This document shows, piece by piece, positions 1 to 13,200 of a stretch of 64,000 bases of DNA. The notes below the pieces were generated by a model. It searched no databases. It saw nothing but the letters and a program-made list of their open reading frames with translations, and was not told the DNA's origin. This stretch comes from Spirogloea muscicola. Its lineage: Eukaryota. The number at the start of each line of letters is the position of its first letter. Within the stretch, counting starts at the first letter, position 1. Location: assembly GCA_009602725.1 (NCBI GenBank), contig WELB01000007.1, positions 749,697 to 813,696 of the forward strand, given 5' to 3'. Both the position numbers and the translations under genes were made by a program.

Positions 1-644
1 TCTTGCCTGCAGTCTGCTGACACAAACTTCAACCACTTGACGGTGACTGGCGTACATGCAGGGTATGGCAAGCCACAGATGATCAGATGATACTATTGCT
101 CCTCGCCATCAGCACTCGTGTAGCCACCCAGGGCTTCAATAGATGGGCTTTTCAACACAGGCTGGCACTGCAGGCCAGTGCACGTGACTTGGATTGCCTA
201 TGGCTGAATGCTTGGGATTGCCATAGCTGTGGTTTACCAGACGAAAACAGGTTTCCTGAAGTGCCTCTTTCCAAATGAGTGATATCACGAAGTACATACA
301 GAGGAACTTGTACTGCAGTACCCGACATTACATTACTACTGATGCTGTTTTGCAGTGATTGTATACCCCACTACTACTACAATACTCTCCCAAAGGTAGA
401 CCAATGCAACTTGGGGATGGAATTCTGCAAATATGGGCGATACTCCTATCTGCAGCAAGTATCGTGACTATCTCCCGTTGCTGACAGGTCGGTGACTTTG
501 AAGTACTGCTTTACACCCATATCTTGTGACCTGAACATATGCACATGTTGGGACGCTCACAAGAGCTGGACAATTAAGAAGGATCAGGCAGTGGCTCCGG
601 TAATTGCAAGAGTGGGCAGGTGCACCTCCATTGCTGCTTTCTAG

Positions 645-3327
645 CTAATTGCGGTGCCCCATAGTGGCACTCTCTGACCCCGCCATAGGATCGATGATGA
701 CATTGATCAAAGCGGGTTTCTTGGCGCCAAATGCCTCAGTAACGGCCACCTCCAATTCCTGCAGCGTTTGGCAGCAACATGATGTTGACTATTTAAAGTG
801 CACGCAACAAGAGCAGCCTCGATGTGGGGGGTCCAATGACAGTGGGACCCTTGTCATGCTCGCATTGCTTCAAGAAAAACCTTGGGGCTACAATCTGTAT
901 TCAATGGCCAACTTACACTTAACAAGAATGCAGCAAAGTTGCTGGGTTCAAGACCCTGGTTGCAGCTGCTACACTTACTTGCGAGGTGGTGACATGGTAG
1001 CCTTTGCCACCGAAGGCCTCCATAAGGAGGTCATACTTGGCATCTGGCACAAACGCAGTGGGCGCAGGGTCTGACGCAATGGCCTCTGGTAAGGATACTG
1101 GAGCTCGTCGTTCGCCACCATATACACCACCATTGTTCATGACAATGATCACAATGGGTAGCTTGTACCTAACCATTGTCTGCCAACAGCAGGAGCAATT
1201 GATCACGACGCTGCAGCTTCTGTGACAGGATGTCAATGGAATAGGTCTGCAGCAGCAAGCTGCTGACTCGCAAGCGGATGCATTCATGTGAATGCTGAAA
1301 AATACTGCGGTCCTAGAAGGCCACACTATGGCAGAAGGGCCTTAAGATGACAGTCCAAGACCTCTCACCTCTACCTCCATGCCGCTGAAGCCAAATGCAG
1401 AGTCGCCCTCCACAGCAACCACCAACCTCTCCGGCTCGACCACAGCCGCGGCAATGGCATAGCCCAGCCCAACTCCCATGGTGCCCCATGTGCCGGCATC
1501 CAGCCGCGTGCGGGGCTCTTTTTGTTCAAGGATCGCTCGGCCGATGTCCATCGTGTTGGCCCCTTCTGACACGAGGATTGGTGCTGGCTTCCCTAGCGCT
1601 GAAATTGCATCCCGGATGATCCTCAGGGAGCAGTGGAAGTTGAGCGGGGATGTATTCTTGGCCAGCATTGCAGACATTTTCTCCACATTTCCTCTAGCCT
1701 TGCGCTGCAGGGGACACCAGTATGAGTGTCTCCCTCAAGTTCAAATGAGTGATACTTGCACAAATAAGCTGTGCGTCTAAGCAACCGACTGACCTGAATG
1801 GCCTGCAGCCAATCTTGACAGTGCAATTTATCTTTCACAAGCTGCGTCAGCTGCTCCATAACCACTCTGGCGTCCCCCAACAGAGGCACCGCCGGATTCC
1901 GCAGCTCCAGCTCCTTTCCGTCAATGTCGATGAGGATGAACTTGGCATCAGCTGACCACCTGGCAAAACGACAGCACCTGAGTGCAAGCTTCCTCTTGGA
2001 TTGCTGCCATCACCACCTTCCTTGCCAGACCAGCTTAGTAGAGGATGCTAGCTGAGTACCTTGGTGGCTCGCCGAAATGTAGCATCCAGTTGAGCCTGGC
2101 TCCCACAACCAGGACGACATCTGCCTCGCTGAGAGCCAACGACCTCGCGGCTGCTGCGGATGCCGGATGGCTGTCAGGGAGCAGACCCTTGCCCATCGGT
2201 GTTGCCAAGAAGGGCAGGCCAGTTGAGTCGACGAATTGCGCGACAGCCTTCTCTGCTCTGGCATAGGCAGCTCCCTTGCCAAAGACAAGAAGCGGTTTCT
2301 TGGCTGAGCACAGCAGGTCAACCGCCTTTGACAGCATGCGGCTGTCTGCTTGGAGCCCAGGCGGTGGGTCTTTGGCCTCCCAGGGAGCCAGTACTGGCTG
2401 AAGAGGGGCAAGTAGATCTTCGGCCTCAGCTTCCGTAAGAAATTCATGAAGTACATCTGCCGGAATGTCAATGTACGCCCCGCCTGGCCTGCCCTGCAGT
2501 GATGCCTTGACAGCCTCTGCAGCAACCTGAGGAATCAACTTGATATTGGTGACCTTACCTGCAAGAGAGTATGAAGGATTGAGGATGGTTACTTGACGGG
2601 TGATGCAAGTGTGAACCAGCTCAAATGCCTGGTTAAACCCTCACTACAACTTCATGCTGCTTAGTTGCTCTTGCTAACAGTTCTACGTACTAACACAAAT
2701 CGTACACCAATAAGACATAAAACTCACGACTGCCTTAATCATGAGGCCTGCCAGTAGACAACCTTGACCATTAGGCATCGGAGCAATATCATTTTCTGCT
2801 GCAAAGTAAAAGATTTCTCTTGTGCCGGAGGACACATTCTCACTTGCTCTGGAGTGCTAGCATGAGTAGTATACATGCACAACCACAGAAACTGAGGGAG
2901 TGCAGGGGTTGGTGCTCACCAGCAGCTTTAACAAAGGGAGCCACAGCAGCAACTTGGTCGAGCTCCTGAAAATCGCCGCGGCCCACGTCGGCCTGGACGG
3001 GTGACCCAGACACCATGACCATCGGCCACGCGTTGATCATCGCGTTGCTCAGGCCCGCCAAACCGTGCACGGCACCCGGGCCGGACACAGTCAGCAGGAG
3101 GCCAGGACGCCCCGTCAGATACCCTGCTGCTCCCGCAGCGTAGCTTGCAGACTGCTCATTTCTGAAGGCTATGAATCGTATACCAGCCACCTGGCAGGCG
3201 GTGGCCAGAGAGGTGACCGGTATCCCAACAACCCCAAACATGTAGTGCAGGCCGAGCCGGGCGAGGGCCCTCGCCAGCATTGCGTTGCCGTCCAGTCTGG
3301 CCGTGCCTGCCTGGCTTTTGGCTGGAC
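645..3327 (-). CDS. HACL: 2-hydroxyacyl-CoA lyase / oxalyl-CoA decarboxylase (ThDP enzyme), multi-exon; probably the C-terminal half of a fusion with AAE3
   Basis: Exons translate to DGNAMLARAL..MFGVVGIPV..RNEQSASYAAGAAGYLTG..SGPG, GRPGGAYIDIP, VVGARLNWMLHFGEPP, SEGANTMDIGR..RLDAGTWGTMGVG, the ThDP motif GDSAFGFSGME..VMNN, and a last exon ALINVIIDPMAGSESATMGHRN* (stop at 645-647). Confidence 0.93.
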
Positions 3328-3449
3328 CTGCGCACCATCATGGCCGCCCTACCAGCACCATGATGGTCAGAGGCGCTCTGTGCTACTGAAGTGTGGCATA
3401 CTCTGCAGGGGCATTCGCTGAAGCTATGAAGTGCTCCAATATCTGTGAC

Positions 3450-5510
3450 CTACTGCGAGCAAGGCAACAAGTCACCTTCTTCGCTGGCTCCACCACTAGC
3501 CTTCTTCACAAAGGCATCCACCATCATGCGGCGCTGAATCTTGCCCGTGGCCGTCTGGGGCAGCTCCTGCGCGAAGAAGATGCGCTTGGGGACCTTGAAT
3601 GCTGCCAGCTGCTTGTGGAGGTAGTCCTGGATGGTCTTCTCCGAAGCATTGGCGCCCTTGTTCAGCACTACCGCGGCATTCACCTGTTCAAGGTGCAGGT
3701 ATGAGATCGCAAGCTATTGTCAGGAGCTTGCAGGCCTGTTGTGCCAAGAGATGTGAGCAGGGCAGCCTGAGGAAATCAAGATACGCCTTACCTCCTCGCC
3801 GTACTTCTCATCCGGGGCTGCAAATGTGACAGCCTCTGCGACATCAGGGTGGCCCAAAAGCGCAGCATCCACTTCCAATGGTGAGATCTTTTCCCCTGTG
3901 CATGGTGGCATGGCAGGGAACGATTTGTTAACACGTGGACGCAAATGATTAGAGCATGTCGCCAGTTGCAGGCAGTGGCTTAAAGGTAGTCTTGATGTAA
4001 GATGCGGTCACGATAGTAGCGGGAACATGCAAATGGCCATTCTTTAACATCCAACAGTAAATGGAGGGCTCAGAGGCACTCACCTCCTCGATTAATGAGC
4101 TCCTTTATTCGGCCAGTGAGCGTAAGGTAGCCCTCAGCGTCAAGCTTCCCACGATCTCCAGTATGGAACCATCCATATGCAAATGCAGTCTTGTTGGCCT
4201 CAGGATTGTCCCGGTATCCATGTGTCACATTGGGCCCATTGATGCAGACCTCGCCCTCCTCATTAGGCTGGAGAACCTTGCCGTTGTCATCCAGGATGCC
4301 CAAGTCGATGCCGGTTGGCTTGCCCACAGTTCCGGGCTTGTGTGGCCCATGCGCCGGCAGCGGATTTGCTGTCATCTGGTGGCTGGCCTCGGTCATAGCA
4401 TAGGCCTCCAGCACAGGAGCACCAAATGCTTCCTCCAGGTTTGCCAGCACAGCCGGTGCGAGGCTTGAGCTGCAGCTGCGGATGAAGCGGAGGGACGGGT
4501 ACTCTGCCTCTGGCTGGCTCTTGTGGCGGCTGAGTAAAATCTGATGCATGGTTGGCACAGCGGTATACCAGGTGACGCCCAGCGCCCGCACGTCAGCCCA
4601 GAAAGCCCCTGCTGAGAAGCGGCCTGCCGCGGGAAGTGCAATGGATCCACCAGCAGCTAGTGAGGCCAGCAGTGCAGCCATGAGGCCATGCACGTGGAAG
4701 AGCGGCATGACCACGTATGAGCGGTCCTCAGTGCTCAGATCGTATGTAAGGATGATGTTCGCTACAGAGGCGGCAAGGTTGGCCTGCGTGAGCGGCACGC
4801 CCTTGGGCCGGCTCGTCGTGCCGGACGTATGTAGGAACAGCGCCTCGGCTTCCGGGCTCGGCAGGGGGCCAGCAGCGTCCTGGGGCTCCTCACTGGCCAC
4901 CTCGAGGCGCGCCCGCGGCTCAAGCCCCACACCAAGGCCTTCTTGCAGCCAGCTGGCAATGCCGGCAACAGGCAGGCCGAGCGCCTCGGCGGCCGCCTCA
5001 GCAGGCCGGTTGCCGTCCGGCTGGGAAACCAGCAGGAGCCGCGACTTGGCGTCCTCCAGGAAGAACCGGAACTCGTCCTCCTTGTACGCGGCATTGAGAG
5101 GCGCAGCCACCGCACCCATCCTCACCACTCCCAGGAAGGCCACCACGAACTGCGCAGCATGCAGCAGCGTGCGTAAGCTCAGCTCAGCTCAGCTCAGCTC
5201 AGCTCAGCAACTCAGCTCAACTCAGCTCATCGCCGTCCTCCCCAGCTGCTGAGAAACGGCCGAGAGCAGAAGACCCTGTGCTGTATGCAAGCACACCAGG
5301 CCGGAGCACCTCAATGGAGTTGGGGAAGACGAGGGAGACGAGGTCTCCCGACCGGATGCCTGCCCGCCGGACCTCAGCGGCACAGTGCTCGATCGCAGCG
5401 TGGAGCTCGGCGTGCGTCTTCTGGGGGCCCCCCTGAGAGACAGCAATGGCCACGCGGCTGCCATGCGCTTCTGCGGCGGCCGCCAGCTGGCCCGACAGCG
5501 TCTGCGCCAT
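3450..5510 (-). CDS. AAE3: Oxalate--CoA ligase (acyl-activating enzyme 3-like), multi-exon
   Basis: Starts MAQTLSGQL at 5510. Motifs: LHTSGTTSRPKGVPLT, PLFHVHGL, WYTAVPTMHQIL, LRFIRSCSSSL, EAYAMTEASHQM, WFHTGD, GRIKELINRGGEKISPLEVD, FKVPK..LPQTATGKIQRR. If the last exon is unspliced it stops at 3450; a splice donor lies at 3475. Confidence 0.92.
5176..5229. repeat. (AGCTC)n pentanucleotide microsatellite in AAE3 intron 1
   Basis: Visible run agctcagctcagctc... of about 10 units with two aactc variants. Confidence 0.85.
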
Positions 5511-5897
5511 GGCGGGCAGGGCAGAGGGACGGCGGCGGGGCCGCGGTGCCGCTGAAGTTGCCCTGGCTGGCCCAGCAGCGGCGAGCTCAAGCGCCCTCGC
5601 CGCCCTCGGCAGTCGAGTGAAATTGCCCCTGACTGCCACAGCCGCCAGTGCCGATAACGGCCCTGCGCCCGCCGAGAGAGGGGCGACGGCGGCTGCGGCG
5701 GTGGCGGCGCGGCGGCGCGGCNCGGCGGTGGCGGCGGCGGCGGCGGCGGCGGCGGCCGCGGTGGAGACGGCGGCGGCGACACGGCGGCCTTGTGGCAGGG
5801 AGTGTAGTGTGGATCAAGTGATGGAGGGTCGGTGTAGCCAAGCAGGCAAGCACACCGACAGACGTACATCAACCCTGGTGCTAAGCTGACCCGCAGA

Positions 5898-6200
5898 AGC
5901 AAGCGCGGCCAGATTAACTGGTGGCTGGGAGAGGCCAGCCCAAGGTTACCTCTAGTAACCTAGGGCTTACTCTCTAGTAACCTTGTCCTTGCCCATTCCT
6001 TTTGGGCTGGCCTCTCCCAGCCACCAGTTAATCTGGCCGCGCTTGCTGTTTACTAGTCAGCACGTCGAGGTCGCTAACTGATGCCAGAATACCGGACGGC
6101 ACCGGCCCTGCCACGTGGCAGGTCGGGTAGGTGCAGCGCATCTGGCTCTCGCAGCGAGCTACGCTGTGCCTTGTTATCTTGCTACATGCTGTTTGCAAGT
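5898..6200. mobile_element. RLE non-LTR retrotransposon 3' remnants; the 3'-UTR motif is present as an inverted pair
   Basis: agcaagcgcggccagattaactggtggctgggagaggccagcccaa (5898-5943) and its reverse complement (about 6002-6047). The minus strand at about 6050-6160 encodes the family C-terminus (PSGILASVSDLDVLT). Confidence 0.7.
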
Positions 6201-7207
6201 GAGTCCTCGGGGAGCCGTGCTCTGGCTGCTCTTTCTCCGACTAGTTGCAGCCACTGGCTTTCGGCAGGGGGGGTGGTTTTGGGGTTTAGGGTAACCCCCA
6301 AACCTTCCCTCCCCGCTCAAGGAGGGCTATACCTCTCGCCCGTGTTGGAACATGTCAGAGGCTTATAATGGGGTACTTAGAAAAGTGGCACTGATGCAAG
6401 GAAGGTCCAGTCCAAAAACGGCAAAGAATGCAGCAAAAGCACCGGAAAAACTGAAAGAGCAGATCGTCCACTTTGCACGACAGGCTGTCTCTCTTCTAGT
6501 CCTGGCGTTAGCCCAAGCAGATACACAAGTGAAGAAGCCAAGGTATGGTCTAGAACAAAAGGCAGTCCTGCAGTCCTGCATGACATGCGCGCAGGCGACC
6601 TTTGTGGAGGGGGGGACATTCCATACGTGGTGAACACAACAGGCTTTGAGGAGAATATGCCGAGCAGGGCGTGCTGCTGCCGGAAGTATAATGCGGCATC
6701 GACTGCTACCTGCGTGGTCTGGCGCACAGCCCCCTGCATATGCTCGCTCTTCTGGTGGCTCCCGTGGCTGCTCAATAACAGCAGCCCACTGCTTCCGCGC
6801 AGTCGCACGAAGGGAGAGGGGGTTGTTTCGGCTCAAATTATGCATATGAACTCCAGCATTAGCAACCTCAACTCCCTGGACTGTGTGACTAGCGGCAAAG
6901 AGCCTAGAGTATGGGAGCGAGAATATCTCTCAAACTGGGCAGACTATATTCGACGCTTCAGTGCACTTGTCAGATATTGCAGGGATTGGCCCCTGCCCCT
7001 TCTGGCAGGGTTTCTTCAGCACCTCAGAAGCAAGCTGGAGGCAACTCCAGAGCTGTTGGCTACAGATATCATCCACAAAACAGTAAAATACTTTCATGCA
7101 AGCGGAGAGCATCTGATGCTTCATGCTAATGCCTCAGCAAAAGTCCTGAAATGATCTGCCTGCTGCGTCTTCTGTGGAATTAATGATCACCATATTTTTG
7201 TAAGCTT

Positions 7208-10200
7208 CTAAAGTTGGCGATTGTGAAGGTAGTCAAACATTAGAATGTTCTGTTTCATAAGCAAGAGCTTCAGTTGCTTTGCTTTTCCTGGGGTGGTTGC
7301 AAGGTACTGCTCAAATTTCTGTCGGATTTCAAGTAGCTGTTGGTGTTGGCCGCCACAGCTCCCGCTTGCATTGAGCAGGATGGAGAACAATTGCTGCCAC
7401 AGGTCAATTTGCCAATATCTGCCAAAACGGATGTCAGATATGTATCTTGAAATTGATAAACTCACTGCATTGTTTGCATTGCAATCAAGTGGTCTTGATG
7501 CAATACATACAAGTCATGTGCATGTCATAAGCATCCTAACTTCGTCTGCAATAGCAAAGCAATGAATAGAACATATTTTTCAAGAGTTGTTTGACAGGTC
7601 TCTAGTCCTTTAGAGGACAGTGCACAATGCGTATCCATGCAGCCCTACCTCTTCAAAGACGACGTTGGGCGGTATCTCAGATCGCCCGACTCTGTTACGA
7701 CTTTTTTAACGTCCATATACGATCCATGCACCAGGCAATGAGCAACTCCACATATGCCAAAGTAATCAACCTGACAACATGCTCACAAGAGAATTGGATT
7801 TTCACTGTCCACCCTCCACAAGGAAACAACCTGCTGAAGGTGTACATGGCAGCCCTTGGTCTCAAAGACAAGTGTCACTGGACCTCCACATCGTCTACAA
7901 ACAGATTAGACTGGTCATTCCATGTTTATCCAAGCAACAGTAGCTTGCAGTAGTTCTGGTTAACAACAGCTAGGGCCCAGATGAAGCTGACATGAAGCTG
8001 CCATCAGGATAGCTGACCTGGTATGCCCAGGGCTTTCCTTCTATCATCTCTGTGCATCTGAACGCTTCTGTCCCACAGTCTGCCATGAAGGCTGTGCCCT
8101 TTGGAAAGCATCTCAGGTCGATACTTCGACCCCAATCAATCAATGTCAAGCCCTGCAAAGAGAGGACCCGCCACCGATCAGGAACTCTTAAGAAGAGGTT
8201 GGAATGAAGCGTTAGCATCAACAAGTCACTGAGAAGGTTTGACTTAGACAATCCTGCCTTCCATTGAAGAATGAACCCACCTTTTGCGACCAGCAGCCTG
8301 GCCTGTCAGGCGTCCACTCACACCATGTATCACTGCAGGTGATCATATAAACAATGAGTTGTGCTAGTCAAGGCTAGCACAATCACAGCAGCTTTTTTGA
8401 GCGAGCTCAGACAGCACGGCACTTTCAGCAGTTGCTACAAGTGAAAGTCGTTTGAAAGGCATGTGCATCCATCTTTCAGACGCACGGGAGATTGGCTCAT
8501 CTCATGTTGATGCAATAGATAAGCTTTGACTGCCTGGATGCTTACCAGTCATTGCAAATGAGAAGGTTGTCAGGTTTAAAATCAGCATGAAGAATGTCAA
8601 TAGCATGTAGTACTTCAAGACTTCGAAGCATCTCTATTGTGTAGTACATGCACAGAGGCTCCTCCATTCGTTGTCCATTTGCCAAGTAGGCATTGATTAC
8701 ATCCTGAAAAGGGAATCACAGAATGTGGTAGTTTGAATGCAAGATGGAAGGCATGAATTGCGTGACACGTCCAAATGTGTGACGAAGATAAGACCATGAC
8801 ATTTGCTACATGTTCCAGTTGACTGATCTGGACATCCCTGACAACAACTAAGCCAGAGGCCCAATATGTCCTGCAACCAAACCTCATTTTTCAGCTAGCG
8901 CCTACCTGCAGTGTCCCATGCTCGCCATAGTCGCAAACCATGACACTGTAATCACAGAATTCATGGAAACGTCTTGCACAGCCAAATCGCTTCCGCTGCA
9001 ATTTGCAAATTAGCCAAAGTTGATCTTAAAAGTCTGCTAACGTCAAGGCACACAGGCAGCTCCACCCTTCATCCTCAATCATGGCATCTGAAGCTGTATT
9101 AAGGTTTTCTTCAAGGAAGTTACTCAGATTTCAGGGTGTGCAGCAAGTATGTCACCTCTTCTGAAGGCACCCGCAGATCCAACTGTCGGTAAATGTAAAA
9201 CTCCCATGGCCATGCAGGTCTTTGGACCTGCACTGAACAGTGATAAGTTGGCCTGCTAGGCTTGCATAGCCTGGGTAAGACATGAAGAATATGAGACCTT
9301 CCTAGCCTGGACAAGGGGGCCTGTAATGTTCGCCAGTGTTGGCCCCTTTGTCACACAGCTTACTGTCTACTTTTGACCCAGTGTTGGCCCCTTGTGTCAC
9401 ATAGCTTACTGTCTAATATTGGCCCAGTATTGGCCCCCTTTGTCAGATAGCTTTCTGTCTAAGAATGCAGAACAGCAACATAGCTGTTGACATCGGCAGT
9501 ACATATTTGCAAGGTACCTTGAGAGCAAGCTCATTGTCATCCATCCAATGTGCAGAGTCAGAGTCGCCTGGATCATCGACCCGGAATGCAGTATACACCT
9601 TGGCATAGGCCCCTTGCCCTATGCAGGCCTTGACCATGTAGTTCTCCTTCCCTTTTCCAAACAAGAAGTACGCAAGGATCAGGCACCAAGAGACTCTCAT
9701 GGTAATTAGTGTGTCAATGTAGACCAATGATTGTGCTTTGACTCTGTGAGCTGTGGCAAGCTGCTGTAGAGGCTGAATGTCATACCCAGTCTCAAGGATA
9801 AGCCGCCGCTCTTTGACCTTGTTTTCACTGACTTCAGATCCGCAGCATCTCCGAAGTGCTCTTGGCAGGAGTTATTGTACCCCTGGACAGCATTCACACA
9901 AGAATGTGACAAGTCAGCCAATTTCAGGAGAATTTAGGAGGATTTTACAGATTGCAAGACTGATCGAACAACTTGACTTCTTCCTTGACACAGAGCAAAG
10001 CTGTACAACTTCTCAGCTTCTCCAACGAGAGGCCTCAATTTACCTGTCTGCTCTAACAAGGATTGCTACCAAGTGTCACAACACGCTGACATAGCTTGGA
10101 AGGCTGCAGAAAATCAATGAGTTTGGAACCTGGAGCAATTGCAAGGTTGGACTGTGTGTAGCCAAAAGCTCAGCACACAAAGCAGCATCCCAGGGATCCT

Positions 10201-13200
10201 TTACAAGCAGTCCACGCTGACCTGCTCCAAGAGAGCATCCCTAGTATATACATGGGCGTGTCACATGATGAGCTTTCTCAGACTAATCTTGGTGTTTGTA
10301 GCATCATAAGTGAGTTTGCAACTTGGTGCTAACATTGACATGTTACATACACAGCTCACTATATAAGTGAAAGCCTGTGAAATAGGCCCGTACCTGGCCA
10401 TTAATGTCAAGCTTGTGATCAGCATTGCTGCAACCATCCTCATTGTCGGAGGCAATACTCTGTTGTGCAGCGCTCTGTTCCGCCTCCGACCTAATCCGAT
10501 TCTCGAATACGTGATGCTGGAGAAGTTTTGCAGTGCCAAGTTGCTGAGTATTAGCCACTCCGAGGAGCTGAGGGTGTGCCTCCTGGTCCTTAATATGCCC
10601 AGACCTGGTACATCCCTCATTGACTGTGTCCCCTGGCCATATTGTGAAGTTGTCTTGCCTGGAACTGCCAGACCTGCAACCAGCTAAGCGAAGTCAGGTC
10701 GCTGTTGCATTATCCTGATCCTCCAACTTTGAATAGCCCTCAACCTCGATAGAGGCCTATACAGTTCATGTATTCACATTGTAATCAAGGAATATTTGAT
10801 GCTAGATATGCCTGATATTGCTCAGTGTAACTCCATGAGAGGGTGGAGGGCTCACTCTTCTAAATGTAGGTCACTTGCAGCATCATTGCAATCTCCCAGA
10901 ACAGCATCATTGCTAGGCCCAGCGTCACCAACATTTATTTCGAGTAGCTTCATGCGCAAATCAGTCATGGGCTTCAAGACAGCCTCTTCGTCATTATGAG
11001 TAAATGGCTGCAGCAACCTCTTTCTCTTTCCTTGCCCACTTGGAGACTGAGAGCCTCCACCCGCAGCCTGCTTTCCTCCACCATTCTCCTTGTCCTCCTG
11101 CCCAGACAAGGAGGTGGGCTCTGCAAACTGGTCTGCCGCAACATCGCTTGAGGTGACTGTAGGAGTGTCTGCTGGAGAGCGCCGCCCTTCACACGGTAGA
11201 GGCTTGCTAAACATAGACATTATGTCAGCAAAGGCTTCCTTGGTGTTTATAGTTGGGTCAACAAGGCCCCTATGAGTAGCTTCTGGAACATCCGAAAACG
11301 TCATTGGCACAAGATCAATGTGGCAGGTTGTCTCCGTAATGCTTGGATCACGGCCTTGCCGGATAGTTGAGGGCACAGCGTCGTCACTCTTGGCTGGAAT
11401 ATCCTCTGCAGCACGTTAATGTGCATGAATTACAGTGTGGCAGTCCAGCAACCTTCTGAGCCTTTCGAAGGCGACTACATGCAATTGCGAGTCGCAGCAG
11501 AGATGCAAATGAATGATGGGATGTCCTCCAACGTTGAACAAGTAAGGATTAGCCGTACCAATCTGATACTGTTGGCGATTGGGTTTTACCTGGAGCAGTG
11601 ACGGCTTGCCTTTCTCGTTTGCTGGAGGACATTGGCTGGTTTGTGTCAGAGGATGGAAGCAGTGGCGTGTTGATCTGCTTGTCTTTGCTCCTGCATTGTT
11701 GCCGGGTTGCTCCTTCAGAAGCTTGACACATGCTGATTAATTCTTTACTTTGCTGCAGAAGAAAGAGCATTGCCTTCATACCTGTGAGACATAGCTTCCT
11801 TAAGGTGGACCAGTTGTGATGCCTCCGTAGAGCCTTGCTGCTTTGTCGAGCAAGCTTGTGGCCTGCACAAAAGCATGCATACGACAGGCGATTGCTAAGC
11901 ATGTTGTTACTTGGTGAAAGCTGATTTGTCAAGCAGAACTGGAGGAGAGGCACAATAGCAGCAGATGTCTGCTATAGACATGATGGGGCGTGGATTTGCA
12001 AGCCGCTAGAGCACAGACAGAACAGCACCCAGCACTATGAACTTGAGTTGCAGAGGACCTGACTTGGAAAACTCCTCATCCACAAAAACCTCCAGCGGGG
12101 GGCCCTGTGGTGCAGCCTGTGACCTCTTCCGACTCATCTGTCCATGGTCACACTGGCGCAGCTTAATACCTTGGGAATGTCTCCTCTAAGCATCTGCCAA
12201 GCTATCCACTGAAAGAGCACAGGAGGTGTCAAGGACAAGGCAAGGGTCTCATCATACCTTAGCAGCAGTCCACTTGCTTGGTTGCTGCACATTCTCCTTG
12301 GTCCTTTCTGCTTGAGTCCCCATATTACTCCAATGCAGCTGTTTACTTGTTCCCAGCTCTCCAGTAGCCGTAGTGCAAGGAGTGTTTTCATCTTCAGGTC
12401 CTCTGAGGTCCTCATCCACATATACACGAATTCCAGTACCCCTGCAAAGGAAGCCCTCTGAGTAGTTGACCTGCTGCTCCGCCTGACAAAGCTTATGAGA
12501 AACTACTGTGCCTTCAATGCTCACCTGGTGGTAGGAGGCCGTTGAGGTCTTTGGGCTGCCTTCTCTTGTTGCTGCTGTTGGCAGTGTACACTACTTTTTC
12601 TGCCTGTGATCACCAAGTTGCCCACTCTGTAAATTGTGACGAGCAAATGTCAGACTGATGCCATCTAATGTTTGAGCATGCCTTAATCGCACTTACCTTG
12701 TAGTGGTTGCAGGCTCTGCCTAGGTACGAAGGACCTGCCAATGTCTTCCTTCTGATCTGCTCTAGTCTCCGCAGCTTCCTCCTGTACCAATGTAGAAGTC
12801 CACATATACCTCAGCATGCCAATGAGCTCCTCTAATCCCATAGTGACCAATGTTGGTGACAAAGGCTTTGTCAGTATATTACTGCTCTCTTGAGCAGCTC
12901 CAGAGCAGGCATTCAATTTGCTCCATCTATCATAAGCTCTGCTAGACCTGCATTACCTACCGCCTGCATCTTTCGCTGGATGCGTTTGGCCATCCGCTGC
13001 TGAAAGTCTTGAAATGTACTTAGAAGCCTTGCCACGGGTTGGGCTTGCCTACAAGTTTCAACAAACAGAAATTTTCAAAGCAAGCAAGACAGTGACTGTG
13101 AGCGGGCAACGAAGTTTCAACATATGTCAGTCCAATTTTCCAGTCTTGAAAGGGTAGGACCACCCGAAGATCTACATTTGTCGAGGTGTGGGCCTCAGCT

